62,469 bases of DNA from an uncultured Candidatus Saccharibacteria bacterium (GCA_964398865.1 CAYNOO010000004.1:1-62469), one strand, 5' to 3'. Positions 28,835 through 38,954 are shown, numbered from the stretch's first letter. The notes: generated by a model from the letters alone, not told the origin. Numbers and translations are program-made.

Positions 28835-28905
28835 CTGCGGGTCAGGGACTCGAACCCCAATACCTTGCTCCAGAGGCAAGTGTCCTACCATTAGACGAAC
28901 CCGCA
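28835..28905 (-). tRNA. tRNA-Gln(CTG)
   Basis: Acceptor TGCGGGT/ACCCGCA, anticodon arm CTTGC-CTCTGGA-GCAAG, T-loop TTCGAGT; CCA not encoded. Confidence 0.95.
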
Positions 28906-28978
28906 AAGATGGAGTAGCTGTCAAGTTTTAGGTGCCAGCTTCCAGCTTTAAGAGCCTACTATAAAAACAGCGTCGGTT

Positions 28979-30031
28979 CTAGTCTTCAAATACCTTTGCG
29001 AGAGAGTGCGGATTGTTCTCTTTCACGGATGCGCCCGAGACCACCATAAACTCTACGAGTCTCTCGAACTCGGGAAGTTTCTTCGCTCCCACATACCCCA
29101 TCGAAACGCGAATGCCGCCGACAAGCTTTGCCACGACGTCTTCAAGTTCTCCTGCGTAGGGCACCAATGCTGAGACGCCCTCAGGAACGATACCTTTCGA
29201 TGTTCCGAGATATCTGTCGTTCGCTTTCCCTTTTTTCAAAACTGCCATAGAGCCCATACCGCGGTACTCTTTGAATTTCTTTCCGCCTAACGTCACCATC
29301 TTTCCTGGCGCTGCATCAGTGCCTGCAAGCAAATTGCCAAGCATGACCGCAGAAGCGCCGGCGCCAAGTGCTTTCGCGATGTCTCCCGACATCCGCATGC
29401 CGCCGTCGGCAATCACTGGCACTCCGTATTTTTTAGCAACTGCTACGACATCCATAATTGCTGAGAGCTGAGGAACGCCAACGCCTGAAACGATGCGTGT
29501 GGTGCAAATGGAGCCAGGACCAATTCCAACCTTAATGCCGTCTGCGAACTTTACAAGCTCAAGTGCAGCTTCTTTTGTCGCTATGTTGCCAACCAGAAGC
29601 GGAGTCTTCCCTATCGCTTTCTTTATCTTCTTTGCGCCTGCAACTACATTCATGTTGTGACCGTGTGCTGAATCTACTGCAATAACGTCAGCCCCTGCTT
29701 TCTTGAGAGCGATAGCGCGCTCTAAATCAAATGCGCTGCATGCGGCACCTACGCGCACGCCCTGCTTTTTTGCATCCTTCACCATTTTCACTTCCTCTTC
29801 GAGCGTATTTGAGCGGTGAATGATGCCCAAACCCCCGAGCTTACCTAAAGCAACTGCCATCTTTGTTTCCGTCACTCTATCCATCGCGGCGGATATGATC
29901 GGGATAGTAAGAAAAAAGCCGCGTGCAATAGCGGTCTCCACATTGGCTTCGCGCGGCTCGACAGAGCTTTTCGCCGGGCGAATCAAGACATCATCGAAAG
30001 TGAGAAACTTCCCTGTGTGTACTTTCCCCAT
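28979..30031 (-). CDS. guaB: IMP dehydrogenase without CBS domain
   Basis: [44 protein letters not shown]. Start moved from 30262. Confidence 0.9.
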   Translation of the reverse strand: MGKVHTGKFLTFDDVLIRPAKSSVEPREANVETAIARGFFLTIPIISAAMDRVTETKMAVALGKLGGLGIIHRSNTLEEEVKMVKDAKKQGVRVGAACSAFDLERAIALKKAGADVIAVDSAHGHNMNVVAGAKKIKKAIGKTPLLVGNIATKEAALELVKFADGIKVGIGPGSICTTRIVSGVGVPQLSAIMDVVAVAKKYGVPVIADGGMRMSGDIAKALGAGASAVMLGNLLAGTDAAPGKMVTLGGKKFKEYRGMGSMAVLKKGKANDRYLGTSKGIVPEGVSALVPYAGELEDVVAKLVGGIRVSMGYVGAKKLPEFERLVEFMVVSGASVKENNPHSLAKVFED

Positions 30032-30098
30032 GCCCCAGGATACCATTGAAGGTGTGGCGGCGCCAAGTAGCGCCATTCGTGGGGAAAACATAGAAAAT

Positions 30099-30689
30099 AT
30101 GAGCTCAAAAACACCGAAAAATATAGCTGTTTTCGTCTCCGGAACCGGCTCGAACTTTGAAGCGATGTTGAAAGAGGGCGTGCCTATAGCACTCGTTATC
30201 GCCGACCGCCCATGCAAAGCATTGGAGACAGCGAAGGAAAAAGGAATCCCTGCCAAGCTCATAGAGCGGAAAAGTTTCGGGAGTGACTTTGATCGCAGCG
30301 TCTACACGGGTCAAATTCTTGAGGCACTACAGGCATATAAGATTGATCTGGTCGCGATGGCAGGATTCATGACCATTCTTGCTGACTCTCTATTTTCAAC
30401 GTACGAAGGGCACATCCTAAACACACACCCTTCCCTTCTTCCCCTTTTCAAAGGTGACCACGCTGTTAAAGATGCGCTTCAAGCTGGAACAAAAGAAACC
30501 GGCTGCACCATCCACATCGCGACAGCAGCGCTCGACGAGGGTCCCATACTCGCGCAAAAGAGTGTTCCCATATTTCCTGGCGACACGGTGGAAACTCTGC
30601 ACGAACGAATAAAAACTGAAGAAAGAAAGCTGTATCCGCAGGTTCTAAAAGATATACTTGCCGGCACCCTTGCGTTAAGCAAAGCCTAG
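30099..30689 (+). CDS. purN: Phosphoribosylglycinamide formyltransferase
   Basis: VSGTGSN, AGFM, LNTHPSLLP, GCTIH, LDEGPI. Start moved from 29820. Confidence 0.9.
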   Translation: MSSKTPKNIAVFVSGTGSNFEAMLKEGVPIALVIADRPCKALETAKEKGIPAKLIERKSFGSDFDRSVYTGQILEALQAYKIDLVAMAGFMTILADSLFSTYEGHILNTHPSLLPLFKGDHAVKDALQAGTKETGCTIHIATAALDEGPILAQKSVPIFPGDTVETLHERIKTEERKLYPQVLKDILAGTLALSKA

Positions 30690-30715
30690 GATTACAATAC
30701 CGGTTCACAACTGAA

Positions 30716-30830
30716 TACGTATCAAGAGTGCGGTATTTTCGCTTCAAGCGAAAAAGGAGTTCTGGCTCCACCCGCCGGCAACCATTCGGAAACGAAACGG
30801 TGCCCCATCCAGCCCTTCGGGGAAGATATC
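30716..30830 (+). promoter_or_regulatory. SAM-I riboswitch (variant with extra hairpin in P2)
   Basis: ATCAAGAG...GGAG-TTCTGG-CTCC...GGCAACC...GGTGC..TCC..CCC-TTCG-GGG..AAGAT directly upstream of metK. Confidence 0.85.
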
Positions 30831-30837
30831 TAAAACC

Positions 30838-30866
30838 ATCTCTCCTTTAGGAGAGATTTTTATTTA
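30838..30866 (+). terminator. Riboswitch expression-platform terminator
   Basis: atctctcc-ttta-ggagagat followed by ttttattt. Confidence 0.8.
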
Positions 30867-30889
30867 TTATTCAAGTTTTAAAAACACTC

Positions 30890-31942
30890 ATGCTTCACTT
30901 ACTTAAAACATACACAACCGAAAGCGTTACCGCAGGACATCCTGACAAAGTCTGCGACCAGATATCAGATGCAATTTTAGACGCTTGCCTCACACAAGAC
31001 CCAACAAGTCGCGTTGCAGTCGAATCGTTCGGTAGTCACGGATACATGATGCTCGGCGGTGAAGTGCGGACGAACGCGACGGTTGATTATTCAGGCATCG
31101 CGCGTCAGGTCTACAAAGACATCGGCTACACGGAGGAATTGGAAATTCTAGAGCATATAGCGAGACAATCTGGAGATATCGCGATGGGTGTTGACACAGG
31201 TGGCGCAGGCGATCAAGGAATCATGTACGGCTATGCCACGAACGAAACGAAAGAGATGCTTCCTTTAGGCGTCGTACTTTCACATGCGCTTGCACGACGC
31301 CTTGAAGTGCTCCGCCGCAACGGTACCCTTCCTTGGGCGAAACCAGACGGAAAAACACAGGTGACCATTTCAAATGGGAAAGTCATTACTGCCCTCACGT
31401 CGACCCAGCATGCAGAAGAGATTTCTCAAGAAGAGATACGTACAGGGCTTGTTGAACATCTATTCGCGCCAGTTCTTGGCGACCTTACTGGTATAGAGAT
31501 ACTGGTGAACCCCACCGGAAAATTCGTCCAGGGAGGATTTGAAGCTGATGCGGGACTCACCGGTCGCAAGATAATGGTGGACACGTATGGGGGCTTGATG
31601 CCGCACGGAGGCGGCGCATTCTCCGGTAAAGACGCTACAAAAGTCGACCGTTCAGCCGCATACATGTGCAGATTCGCCGCAAAGAATCTTGTAGCGAATG
31701 GCTACGGAACGAAAATACTCGTATCCGTCGCCTACGCAATCGGACGCGTGGAGCCAGTGATGGTAGAAGCGTTTGACGACTCCGGTAAAGACTTAAGCGA
31801 AATAGTGCAGAAAAATTTTGATTTCCGACCGCGCGCCATCATTGAACGCTTAGGTCTCACCCGCCCTATATTCAAAGAGACGGCTGCATACGGACACTTC
31901 GGTGTTGAAGGCAGACCTTGGGAAAAGATTGAAAAAATCTAA
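30890..31942 (+). CDS. metK: S-adenosylmethionine synthetase
   Basis: TESVTAGHPDK, GAGDQG, GLTGRK, GGGAFSGKD..KVDRS, YGHFG. Confidence 0.97.
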   Translation: MLHLLKTYTTESVTAGHPDKVCDQISDAILDACLTQDPTSRVAVESFGSHGYMMLGGEVRTNATVDYSGIARQVYKDIGYTEELEILEHIARQSGDIAMGVDTGGAGDQGIMYGYATNETKEMLPLGVVLSHALARRLEVLRRNGTLPWAKPDGKTQVTISNGKVITALTSTQHAEEISQEEIRTGLVEHLFAPVLGDLTGIEILVNPTGKFVQGGFEADAGLTGRKIMVDTYGGLMPHGGGAFSGKDATKVDRSAAYMCRFAAKNLVANGYGTKILVSVAYAIGRVEPVMVEAFDDSGKDLSEIVQKNFDFRPRAIIERLGLTRPIFKETAAYGHFGVEGRPWEKIEKI

Positions 31943-31963
31943 TACCGGAATAGCTAACCTTAT

Positions 31964-31993
31964 AAAAAACCCCGAGCACGCTCGGGGTTTTTT
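31964..31993. terminator. Bidirectional intrinsic terminator between convergent metK and SIMPL genes
   Basis: aaaaaaccccgag-cacg-ctcggggtttttt. Confidence 0.85.
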
Positions 31994-32014
31994 ATATTCA
32001 GAATCGTAAAAGCA

Positions 32015-32791
32015 TTAGCGTACGAAGAACGTTGCGCGAGCAGTGACCATCACATCTTTTTCGATTGACTGCGTGTCGTATGTGCCGTAGTCAGTTACCT
32101 CTATGGAGTTCGGTGCAAGTACTTGCACAACGCCCGACGAAGCCGCTTTCAAAGCACCCACCTTCTGATCACCCGCTTTTGCAAGCTCTGTCGCGCGCGC
32201 TTTCGCATCCTTCACTGCGTCTGCAAGAAGAGACACTCGTAATTCAGCCAGGTTGGAGATGTAAAATTCAAGACCGTTACCTGAAATGAATATTCCTTTA
32301 TCAGCGAGCTGAGTGATATTTTTTGATAATGCATTAATCCCCTGAACGTCCTTGGAATTTACCGTTATCTCTTCTCGAAGATTAAACTGTCGGGGACCAG
32401 TGTTTGAGTTGTAGTTATAAATTTCCTCTACGAAAACCGGTGATACATCGATAGCATCAGCCGCAACGTTGTTCCCTTTCAGAAATGCCTGAACTGCCTC
32501 CGAGTCTTTCGCAAGAAGTGGATACCCACTCTGAAGCGTACCCTCGCTTACCTTGCGTGAGATATTGATGCGCCACTTCACGGTGTCTGCAGTAACGTGA
32601 GTTTTTGCGGAGCCAGTGACAGCAATCACATTATCGAGAGAATGCACTGCATAAAAAGCGTATGAACCGATAGCGGAAGCAAGTATCAAAGATGCCCCAA
32701 CAATTATAGGAACGAATGCCGGGACTGAAATGTGAATCCGCGTCTCAGTGGATGAACCGCGAGAAGCTAAGATATTTTGTATAGAATCCAT
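32015..32791 (-). CDS. SIMPL (DUF541) domain protein
   Basis: N-terminal TM, I.VTGSAK..V.AD, A..DAKARA..LA, C-terminal V.V.A.ATF. Confidence 0.75.
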   Translation of the reverse strand: MDSIQNILASRGSSTETRIHISVPAFVPIIVGASLILASAIGSYAFYAVHSLDNVIAVTGSAKTHVTADTVKWRINISRKVSEGTLQSGYPLLAKDSEAVQAFLKGNNVAADAIDVSPVFVEEIYNYNSNTGPRQFNLREEITVNSKDVQGINALSKNITQLADKGIFISGNGLEFYISNLAELRVSLLADAVKDAKARATELAKAGDQKVGALKAASSGVVQVLAPNSIEVTDYGTYDTQSIEKDVMVTARATFFVR

Positions 32792-32831
32792 ATGCTTTAA
32801 GTATACTCCTTATCTAAATCTAAATGTCGTG

Positions 32832-34586
32832 TTAAGCATCTTTCTTCAAACACGCTTTTAAGAAAGCAGTAAAGAGTGGGTGCGGAGCGAGTGGTCGCGC
32901 TTGAAGTTCAGGATGAAATTGAGTGCCGAGCATGAATGGGTGTGTCTCGCGTGGTAACTCTGCAATCTCCATGAGAATTCCCGAAGGTGATATGCCTGAA
33001 AACACAACACCTCCCTCTTCAAATTGCGCTACGTACTCTGGATTCACTTCGTAACGATGACGATGCCGCTCTTCCACGGAATCTTCTCCGTATGCCTCTC
33101 CGGCTATGCTTCCTTTCTTAAGAAGCGCCGGATAGACGCCGAGGCGCATAGTGGCGCCATAGTCTTCCTTCGCAAGAATTGCTTTCTGTTCTGGAAGTAT
33201 ATCGATGACGGGGTGCGTAGGATTTGAGTCGATTTCTGTCGTATGAGAACCCGGTAATTTGAGCACATTTCTCGCGTACTCAATAAGCATCAACTGCATG
33301 CCGTAACAAAGACCAAAATACGGGATTTTCTGCTCGCGCGCGTACTTTATTGCTAATATCTTTCCCTCAATGCCGGTTTCCCCGAAGCCTCCCGGCACGA
33401 TGATACCGTGATACTGCTTCAAAGCTGAAACCGACTTAGGGTTCTTCTGAAAGTCTTTTGCGTTGACCCATGTAATGTCAGCACGTGCACCAACAGCAGC
33501 TGCGGAAAACTTTATTGCCTCTATGACAGAAAGATACGCGTCCGAGAGTACAAAATCCCCCGTATCAAAATACTTTCCGACGATCGCAATCTTCAATTCT
33601 TTTTTCGCACTCTTTATTTTTGCCACAAAGTTCTGCCAGTCCGCAAGACCTGATGTGGGTTTTTTGGGAAGCTTCAAGGCTTTCAAAAGCATCTCGCCTA
33701 TCTTCTCGCGCTCAAAATTCAATGGTACATCGTAAATCGATTCGACATCAGGAGCCGAAATAATGTGGTCAGCTGATACGTTGGAACTGATTGCAATCTT
33801 TTCCTTGCGTCGCTGATCAAGTCGCTGCGACGAGCGTGCGATGATGATGTTCGCTTGCACGCCGTATGAGTTCAGCTGCTGCACGGCATTCTGCGTGGGA
33901 CGAGTTTTCATCTCGCCCAAATTTCCTGGAACCGGCAAGTACGAGACGAGAATGAAAATAACATCTTCTGGATGCTCTAACTTCAACACACGGGCAGCTT
34001 CTATGAAAAGTGCGTTCTGAAAATCTCCTACCGTGCCGCCAATCTCGATAACGGAAATGTCAGAACCGTTCTCTTCGCTTGCGCGCCTGATGCGTCCTAT
34101 GATTTCATCCCGCACATGTGGTATCGCTTCGACGCATTTTCCCTTGTAACCGAGGTTTCGCTCTTTCAGAAGTACGCTCTGATACACCATGCCGCTCGTC
34201 ATGTAGTCCTCCGCATTCAATGACACATTCAAGAATCTTTCGTAATTCCCCATGTCTTGGTCAGTCTCCAGACCAGAGCGGAGCACGAACACTTCGCCGT
34301 GTTCGGTCGGATTCATCGTTCCTGCATCAACATTCAAGTACGGATCTACTTTGACCGCGTTCACTTTATATCCCTTGCTCTGAAGGATGAGTGCTACCGA
34401 AGAGGTTGCGATACCTTTGCCAACACCGCTCATCACTCCGCCGATGACGAAGATGTACTTATGGCGCTTCTTGCGAGTCGCCTTTGCGGGAGCTTCGGTT
34501 GACTGAGAGCTGCCTTCGCGGGAGCTTCGGCGAGCCGAAGGGGGGTTAGTGCCCGATCTTTTTTTAGTTGATCGAGCGTCTTCCAT
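32832..34586 (-). CDS. pyrG: CTP synthase
   Basis: GGVMSGVGKG, DPYLNVDAGTMNP.EHGE, GLCYGMQ, RHRHRYE, QFHPE. Confidence 0.97.
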   Translation of the reverse strand: MEDARSTKKRSGTNPPSARRSSREGSSQSTEAPAKATRKKRHKYIFVIGGVMSGVGKGIATSSVALILQSKGYKVNAVKVDPYLNVDAGTMNPTEHGEVFVLRSGLETDQDMGNYERFLNVSLNAEDYMTSGMVYQSVLLKERNLGYKGKCVEAIPHVRDEIIGRIRRASEENGSDISVIEIGGTVGDFQNALFIEAARVLKLEHPEDVIFILVSYLPVPGNLGEMKTRPTQNAVQQLNSYGVQANIIIARSSQRLDQRRKEKIAISSNVSADHIISAPDVESIYDVPLNFEREKIGEMLLKALKLPKKPTSGLADWQNFVAKIKSAKKELKIAIVGKYFDTGDFVLSDAYLSVIEAIKFSAAAVGARADITWVNAKDFQKNPKSVSALKQYHGIIVPGGFGETGIEGKILAIKYAREQKIPYFGLCYGMQLMLIEYARNVLKLPGSHTTEIDSNPTHPVIDILPEQKAILAKEDYGATMRLGVYPALLKKGSIAGEAYGEDSVEERHRHRYEVNPEYVAQFEEGGVVFSGISPSGILMEIAELPRETHPFMLGTQFHPELQARPLAPHPLFTAFLKACLKKDA

Positions 34587-34682
34587 ATCGGACTAGGATA
34601 GCATGGCAAGCTGCCAGGTTCCAGCTTGTAGCTTCCAGACTCTAAACCTAACAGCCGGCACCTGACAAGCTACAGTCTGTTT

Positions 34683-35603
34683 TTACACCGAAAGATACTT
34701 ACGAACTGCAAGAAACGAGGACAGGGCTCCAAGAAATGCGCCTGCGAGTATGAGCACTATGAAGAATATAGGAAACGACGAAAGGTAGTGCGCAAAGATG
34801 TCTGCGCCGAACATTTTCTGGGTAGGTCCTTTCAGAAGCCACGCCAGAGGAAAGAAAGCTATCAAGGCAATAAGACCGGAAACGATGCCATATAAGGTAC
34901 CTTCCACAACGAAGGGTCCCCGGATATACATGTTTGAAGCTCCCACCAAGCGCATGACTGATATCTCTTCGCGAGCGGTATAGATAGCCAGCCTGATGGT
35001 GTTGAACGTAATCAACACGGAAGCGGCTGAAAAGATAAAAATCATAAACCAGCCGAATTGCCGCACATACGTCGTGACATTCTCCAACTGCACTATGACA
35101 GTCTTGTTTTGCGCATAGTTTACAGAACTGATGAAAGGATTCCCATTGGAGTCATTTTGATGATCACTAAGAAAAGCGGCTATCGATTCATACTGCGACG
35201 GCTGCTTCGCTTTGATCGCAAGCGCAGCACCGAATGGGTTGTCGCTCAACTCATCAAGCGCTTGGAGCGTGAGTTGGTCGTCCTGATGGCGTGCGCGAAA
35301 TTCAGCGACAGCATCGTCCCGAGACGTGTATGTCACATAGGCAACTTCCGGAATATTCTGCAGCACCGTTTTGAAATCAAGAATTGATTGCTCGGTAGCC
35401 TCAGTAACGAAGTAGACATTCACATCAACCTTGTCTTTGACATAGGAAACGAACTCACCGACGAGCGTATTCAAGAACATCAGCGAGCCGATGATTATCA
35501 AGGTCATGGTCATCACGAAAATGGACGCGAGCGAAACGAAACTGTTTCGCATCACGTTTACGGATCCCGCCTTAAGTACTCGTCGTATTTTAGTCCACAA
35601 CAT
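34683..35603 (-). CDS. ftsX: Cell-division permease FtsX
   Basis: Four TM, NTIRLAI..REEI.VMRLVGA; follows ftsE. Confidence 0.9.
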   Translation of the reverse strand: MLWTKIRRVLKAGSVNVMRNSFVSLASIFVMTMTLIIIGSLMFLNTLVGEFVSYVKDKVDVNVYFVTEATEQSILDFKTVLQNIPEVAYVTYTSRDDAVAEFRARHQDDQLTLQALDELSDNPFGAALAIKAKQPSQYESIAAFLSDHQNDSNGNPFISSVNYAQNKTVIVQLENVTTYVRQFGWFMIFIFSAASVLITFNTIRLAIYTAREEISVMRLVGASNMYIRGPFVVEGTLYGIVSGLIALIAFFPLAWLLKGPTQKMFGADIFAHYLSSFPIFFIVLILAGAFLGALSSFLAVRKYLSV

Positions 35604-35746
35604 ATAGCTTTATTTTACGCGCGCCGCATCACTTGTCTTAGCAGTAGAAAGTTGGTGAAGAGAAATAATCATAGTCTTTATTTATTATACTTTAGGTCTG
35701 TGATCCGGCATCTAATAGAATCTAAACTCGCGGACTCGTTAAGATT

Positions 35747-36427
35747 CTATAAGACATACCTTCCTTCCTTATCATCTCGAACAACGTGCCCGTTATCCAT
35801 AGTAATCACGCGCTTCCCTAATGAATCCACCACTCCTTTATTGTGGCTCGTCAATATCACTGTAGTGCCAAGTTCATTGATGCGCTTCAAAATCTCTACT
35901 ACCTGATAGGTGTTGATAGGATCCAGGTTCCCCGTGGGCTCATCTGCAAGCAAAACTTCGGGCTGATTGACGATTGCCCGACCAATGGCGACTCGTTGAC
36001 GTTCCCCGCCTGAGAGTTCTCTTGGAAAATTCCACGCCTTATCGGCAAGATCAACGAGCTCGAGAACATGCGGCACGTCAGCCGCTATCTCATCGTCCGC
36101 CCTACCTGCTGCCTCCATCGCAAACGCGATGTTCTCGTACGCAGTCTTGTTGGGAATCAGTCGATAGTCTTGGAAAACAGTGCCTATCTTGCGACGCAAG
36201 GTATGCAATTGATTCTTCGGTATCTTATGAACATCCGTGGATTCGAAGAAGACGACACCGGACGTCGGAGTCTCTTCAGCTAAAACCATCTTAAGAAGAG
36301 TGGTCTTCCCTGCGCCCGCATGCCCCACGATAGAAGCGAACTCCTTGGGTCCAAATGAAAGTGTCACGTCTTCAAGCGCGACTGACTTGTCGTGATATAT
36401 CTTGGTGACTTTGTCGAAGTAAATCAT
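35747..36427 (-). CDS. ftsE: Cell-division ATPase FtsE
   Basis: GHAGAGKTT, FQDYRL, LSGGERQR, ADEPTGNLD. Confidence 0.9.
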   Translation of the reverse strand: MIYFDKVTKIYHDKSVALEDVTLSFGPKEFASIVGHAGAGKTTLLKMVLAEETPTSGVVFFESTDVHKIPKNQLHTLRRKIGTVFQDYRLIPNKTAYENIAFAMEAAGRADDEIAADVPHVLELVDLADKAWNFPRELSGGERQRVAIGRAIVNQPEVLLADEPTGNLDPINTYQVVEILKRINELGTTVILTSHNKGVVDSLGKRVITMDNGHVVRDDKEGRYVL

Positions 36428-36503
36428 TGTGAAACAAACCTAACTGTTCTATACATCATTCCCAAAAGAATAAAGTACGGGGAAAGACGTACTCCTAATG
36501 ATA

Positions 36504-37415
36504 CTACAAATCTTCGCCTGAACTGACAGCTTTAGAAATTTTTCCAGCTTGCATTGCATCTATAAACCCATCCAACTCTCCTGACAAAACTGCATCGGTG
36601 TCGTGCACCTCTACGCCAGTACGGTGATCTTTCACTAGCTTGTATGGGTGGAGCACGTATGAACGAATCTGACTTCCCCATTCGTTTGCGACCGTGCCTG
36701 CAATCGAGAGCCCTTTCAACTCACGTGCGCGATTCTCTTCTTCGAGAATAAACAATTTCGCACGAAGTAATGCTAGCGCGCGATCGCGGTTCGCAGCTTG
36801 TGAGCGCTCCGTCGAAGCGCGCACTGCGATATTCGTTGGCTTGTGGACAATGCGCACTGCCGTCTCTCTCTTGTTAACGTTCTGTCCGCCTGCGCCGCCC
36901 GAGCGAGTAAATTGTATTTCAATTTCATCATCCTTTATTTCTACTCCTTCTCCTGCAGCAAGCTTAGGAACCACTTCGACGAGCGCGAACGACGTCTGTC
37001 GCTTCGCATTGGCATTGAATGGCGAAATGCGCACTAGCCTATGCACACCCGCTTCGTGTTTCAAACGACCAAACGCTCCGGAACCAGCAACCTCAAAGGT
37101 GAGACTCCGGAATCCGCCGTGATCATTCTCATTTTCATCCAAAAATGTTACTGACCAACCTTTCTTAGAGGCATAACCTTGGTACATGCGAAAAAGAATG
37201 CCAGCAAAATCCTCTGCGTCATCGCCCCCTGCTCCTGCAAGAATAGTGAGTATCGCTCCACCTTTGTCGTAGCGCACCGGTCCGGCAACAACAGCCTCGA
37301 GCTCTTTCATCTCACGAATCATCTTCTGCGCCTTATCGACATCGCTCCAAAAATCAGCGCCCGCCATCGCTGCTTCAATCTCTGTGATACGCGCTTTTGC
37401 TTCGTCAGCAGTCAT
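36504..37415 (-). CDS. prfB: Peptide chain release factor 2 (shortened domain 1)
   Basis: SPF anticodon-mimic (RISPF), [14 protein letters not shown]. Confidence 0.9.
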   Translation of the reverse strand: MTADEAKARITEIEAAMAGADFWSDVDKAQKMIREMKELEAVVAGPVRYDKGGAILTILAGAGGDDAEDFAGILFRMYQGYASKKGWSVTFLDENENDHGGFRSLTFEVAGSGAFGRLKHEAGVHRLVRISPFNANAKRQTSFALVEVVPKLAAGEGVEIKDDEIEIQFTRSGGAGGQNVNKRETAVRIVHKPTNIAVRASTERSQAANRDRALALLRAKLFILEEENRARELKGLSIAGTVANEWGSQIRSYVLHPYKLVKDHRTGVEVHDTDAVLSGELDGFIDAMQAGKISKAVSSGEDL

Positions 37416-37498
37416 TACGGATAGGATACAGGTTCTAACTCACAGGTTCCACACCCGACCTTTTGGAATGGTGCTCGTTAGAAATTTAAGGCAATTTT

Positions 37499-37574
37499 TG
37501 GAGCCGCCTCCCAGGATCGAACTGGGGACCTTTACGTTACGAATGTAATGCTCTACCAACTGAGCTAAGGCGGC
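37499..37574 (-). tRNA. tRNA-Thr(CGT)
   Basis: 76-nt cloverleaf, GCCGCCT/AGGCGGC, loop TTCGTAA, encoded CCA. Confidence 0.95.
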
Positions 37575-37598
37575 GACGCGAAAAGGATAATAGCACAA

Positions 37599-38036
37599 TC
37601 AAACGAACAAACGAGCCCTGGCAGCTCTTTTGCTTGGCGCTCTGTTTTTTCTTCCCTTTCCTTTGTTAAGAGCTGCGTAGGTAGGGTTTAGTGAATCGCA
37701 ATTCGGGCAAATCAGACGTAAATTTGATTCTGCATTGTTTTGCCAATTTCCGTCAATATGATCCGCCACGAGAGGTACACGCCCTGTTTTGAAATTCACT
37801 TTTGCCCATCCGCACAAGCAACATTTATTACCAAATTTCTTTCGTAAATATTTTTTAATCGCATTACTGACTATACCTGTACTTCGTAAACCAGTTTGTT
37901 TCCCGCGTTTCCAATTCTGGATATATATTCGATACTCATATTCGCCCTGACATATATTACTGCAATACTTGTAACCGGCACGATTAGGCTCTCTGCCGCA
38001 CGCTAAGCATGGTGTTCTGGGTTTCTTAGGATTCAC
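37599..38036 (-). CDS. HNH endonuclease with Zn-binding Cys motifs
   Basis: CxxC...YCSNIC, CCLCG, DHIDGN..NN...NL..ICPNC; GTG start; AT-rich. Confidence 0.85.
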   Translation of the reverse strand: MNPKKPRTPCLACGREPNRAGYKYCSNICQGEYEYRIYIQNWKRGKQTGLRSTGIVSNAIKKYLRKKFGNKCCLCGWAKVNFKTGRVPLVADHIDGNWQNNAESNLRLICPNCDSLNPTYAALNKGKGRKNRAPSKRAARARLFV

Positions 38037-38105
38037 CAGGTCATTTTAGCTCAACGTGTGACCTAAAAAATTTTAATTACCGGTCGTATGTTGATAAATT
38101 CTCTG

Positions 38106-38178
38106 AGCCGATGGTCGGAATTGAACCGACGACCCCGTCCTTACCATGGACGTGCTCTACCAACTGAGCTACATCGGC
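38106..38178 (-). tRNA. tRNA-Thr(GGT)
   Basis: GCCGATG/CATCGGC, CGTCC-ATGGTAA-GGACG, T-loop TTCAATT. Confidence 0.95.
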
Positions 38179-38300
38179 GAGTGAGGGAGAAAATAAAGAA
38201 CGTGTTCTTATTTTCCCCGAACGAAGCCCTTGAAAGCTTTACTTACATCGGCGAATTCTCTTTTGAGAACTGCGCTGGAAGCTTTATTTACATCGTCGCT
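38179..38300 (-). repeat. tRNA-5'-end repeat array upstream of tRNA-Thr(GGT)
   Basis: Copies of tRNA nt 1-9 at 38244-38252 and 38289-38297, each followed (sense) by A(G/A)TAAAGCTT and a hairpin. Confidence 0.75.
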
Positions 38301-38318
38301 CTCGCCCTACCTTCCCTT

Positions 38319-38927
38319 ATGGGTGGATCTTATAGTACCCACAAGCAGCCCTTTTTCCAAGTTTTGCTTGATACACTATGTTTTGTGCTGAAGCACTACC
38401 CTCGCTTCACGACTATCGCGCTTTCCTATCTCGTAGCTGGATTGCTTTTCCTATTTCTCGGAGCTCCCTTTTTCCAAAGTCTTATTTTGCCATTTGGCAT
38501 ATTAGGAGCTGCCATTGCGGGTGCTCTCTATACGTATAGTTTCACTGCATCCATTGGAGCGCTCCTTCTAGTGGCACTTGCCCCATTTCATCCTGTAGGT
38601 GTCCTTGCTGTTGTCGGCGGAGTGGGAGCGACAATTGCAGACTATACAATATTCAGATTCGTTCGCGATGACCTGAAGAAGGAAGTAAAACGCTTTGGTG
38701 CATCAAAAATGATACGGAACATATGCGCAGCCGATGGCATTCTTTGTAGGACTTGGATGCGAAATTTACTTGGCACTCTCATCATGGCTTCTCCGTTTCC
38801 GGATGAACTTGGCATCGCCATGATGAGCACAACAAAAATGAAGCAAGGTACATTCCTGCTTCTTGCGTTCATTGTAGATATGGTAGGTATCTACTTACTC
38901 GTGACAATCGCGGGATTGGTGTTTTAG
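38319..38927 (+). CDS. Hypothetical multi-pass membrane protein
   Basis: ORF-track start 38088 overlaps the tRNA; next in-frame ATG is 38319; several TM helices, SPFPDE motif. Confidence 0.6.
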   Translation: MGGSYSTHKQPFFQVLLDTLCFVLKHYPRFTTIALSYLVAGLLFLFLGAPFFQSLILPFGILGAAIAGALYTYSFTASIGALLLVALAPFHPVGVLAVVGGVGATIADYTIFRFVRDDLKKEVKRFGASKMIRNICAADGILCRTWMRNLLGTLIMASPFPDELGIAMMSTTKMKQGTFLLLAFIVDMVGIYLLVTIAGLVF

Positions 38928-38954
38928 GAACATTCTAAATGCACACCTCGCAAC

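Noticed and set aside
29820-30262. Long overlap between guaB and purN implied by the ORF track
   Set aside because: Homology starts at [14 protein letters not shown] (30031) and MSSKTPKNIAV (30099); the extensions are just open antisense frames.
38088-38318. N-terminal extension of the membrane protein across tRNA-Thr(GGT)
   Set aside because: It overlaps the tRNA and repeat array on the opposite strand; the next ATG at 38319 is more plausible.
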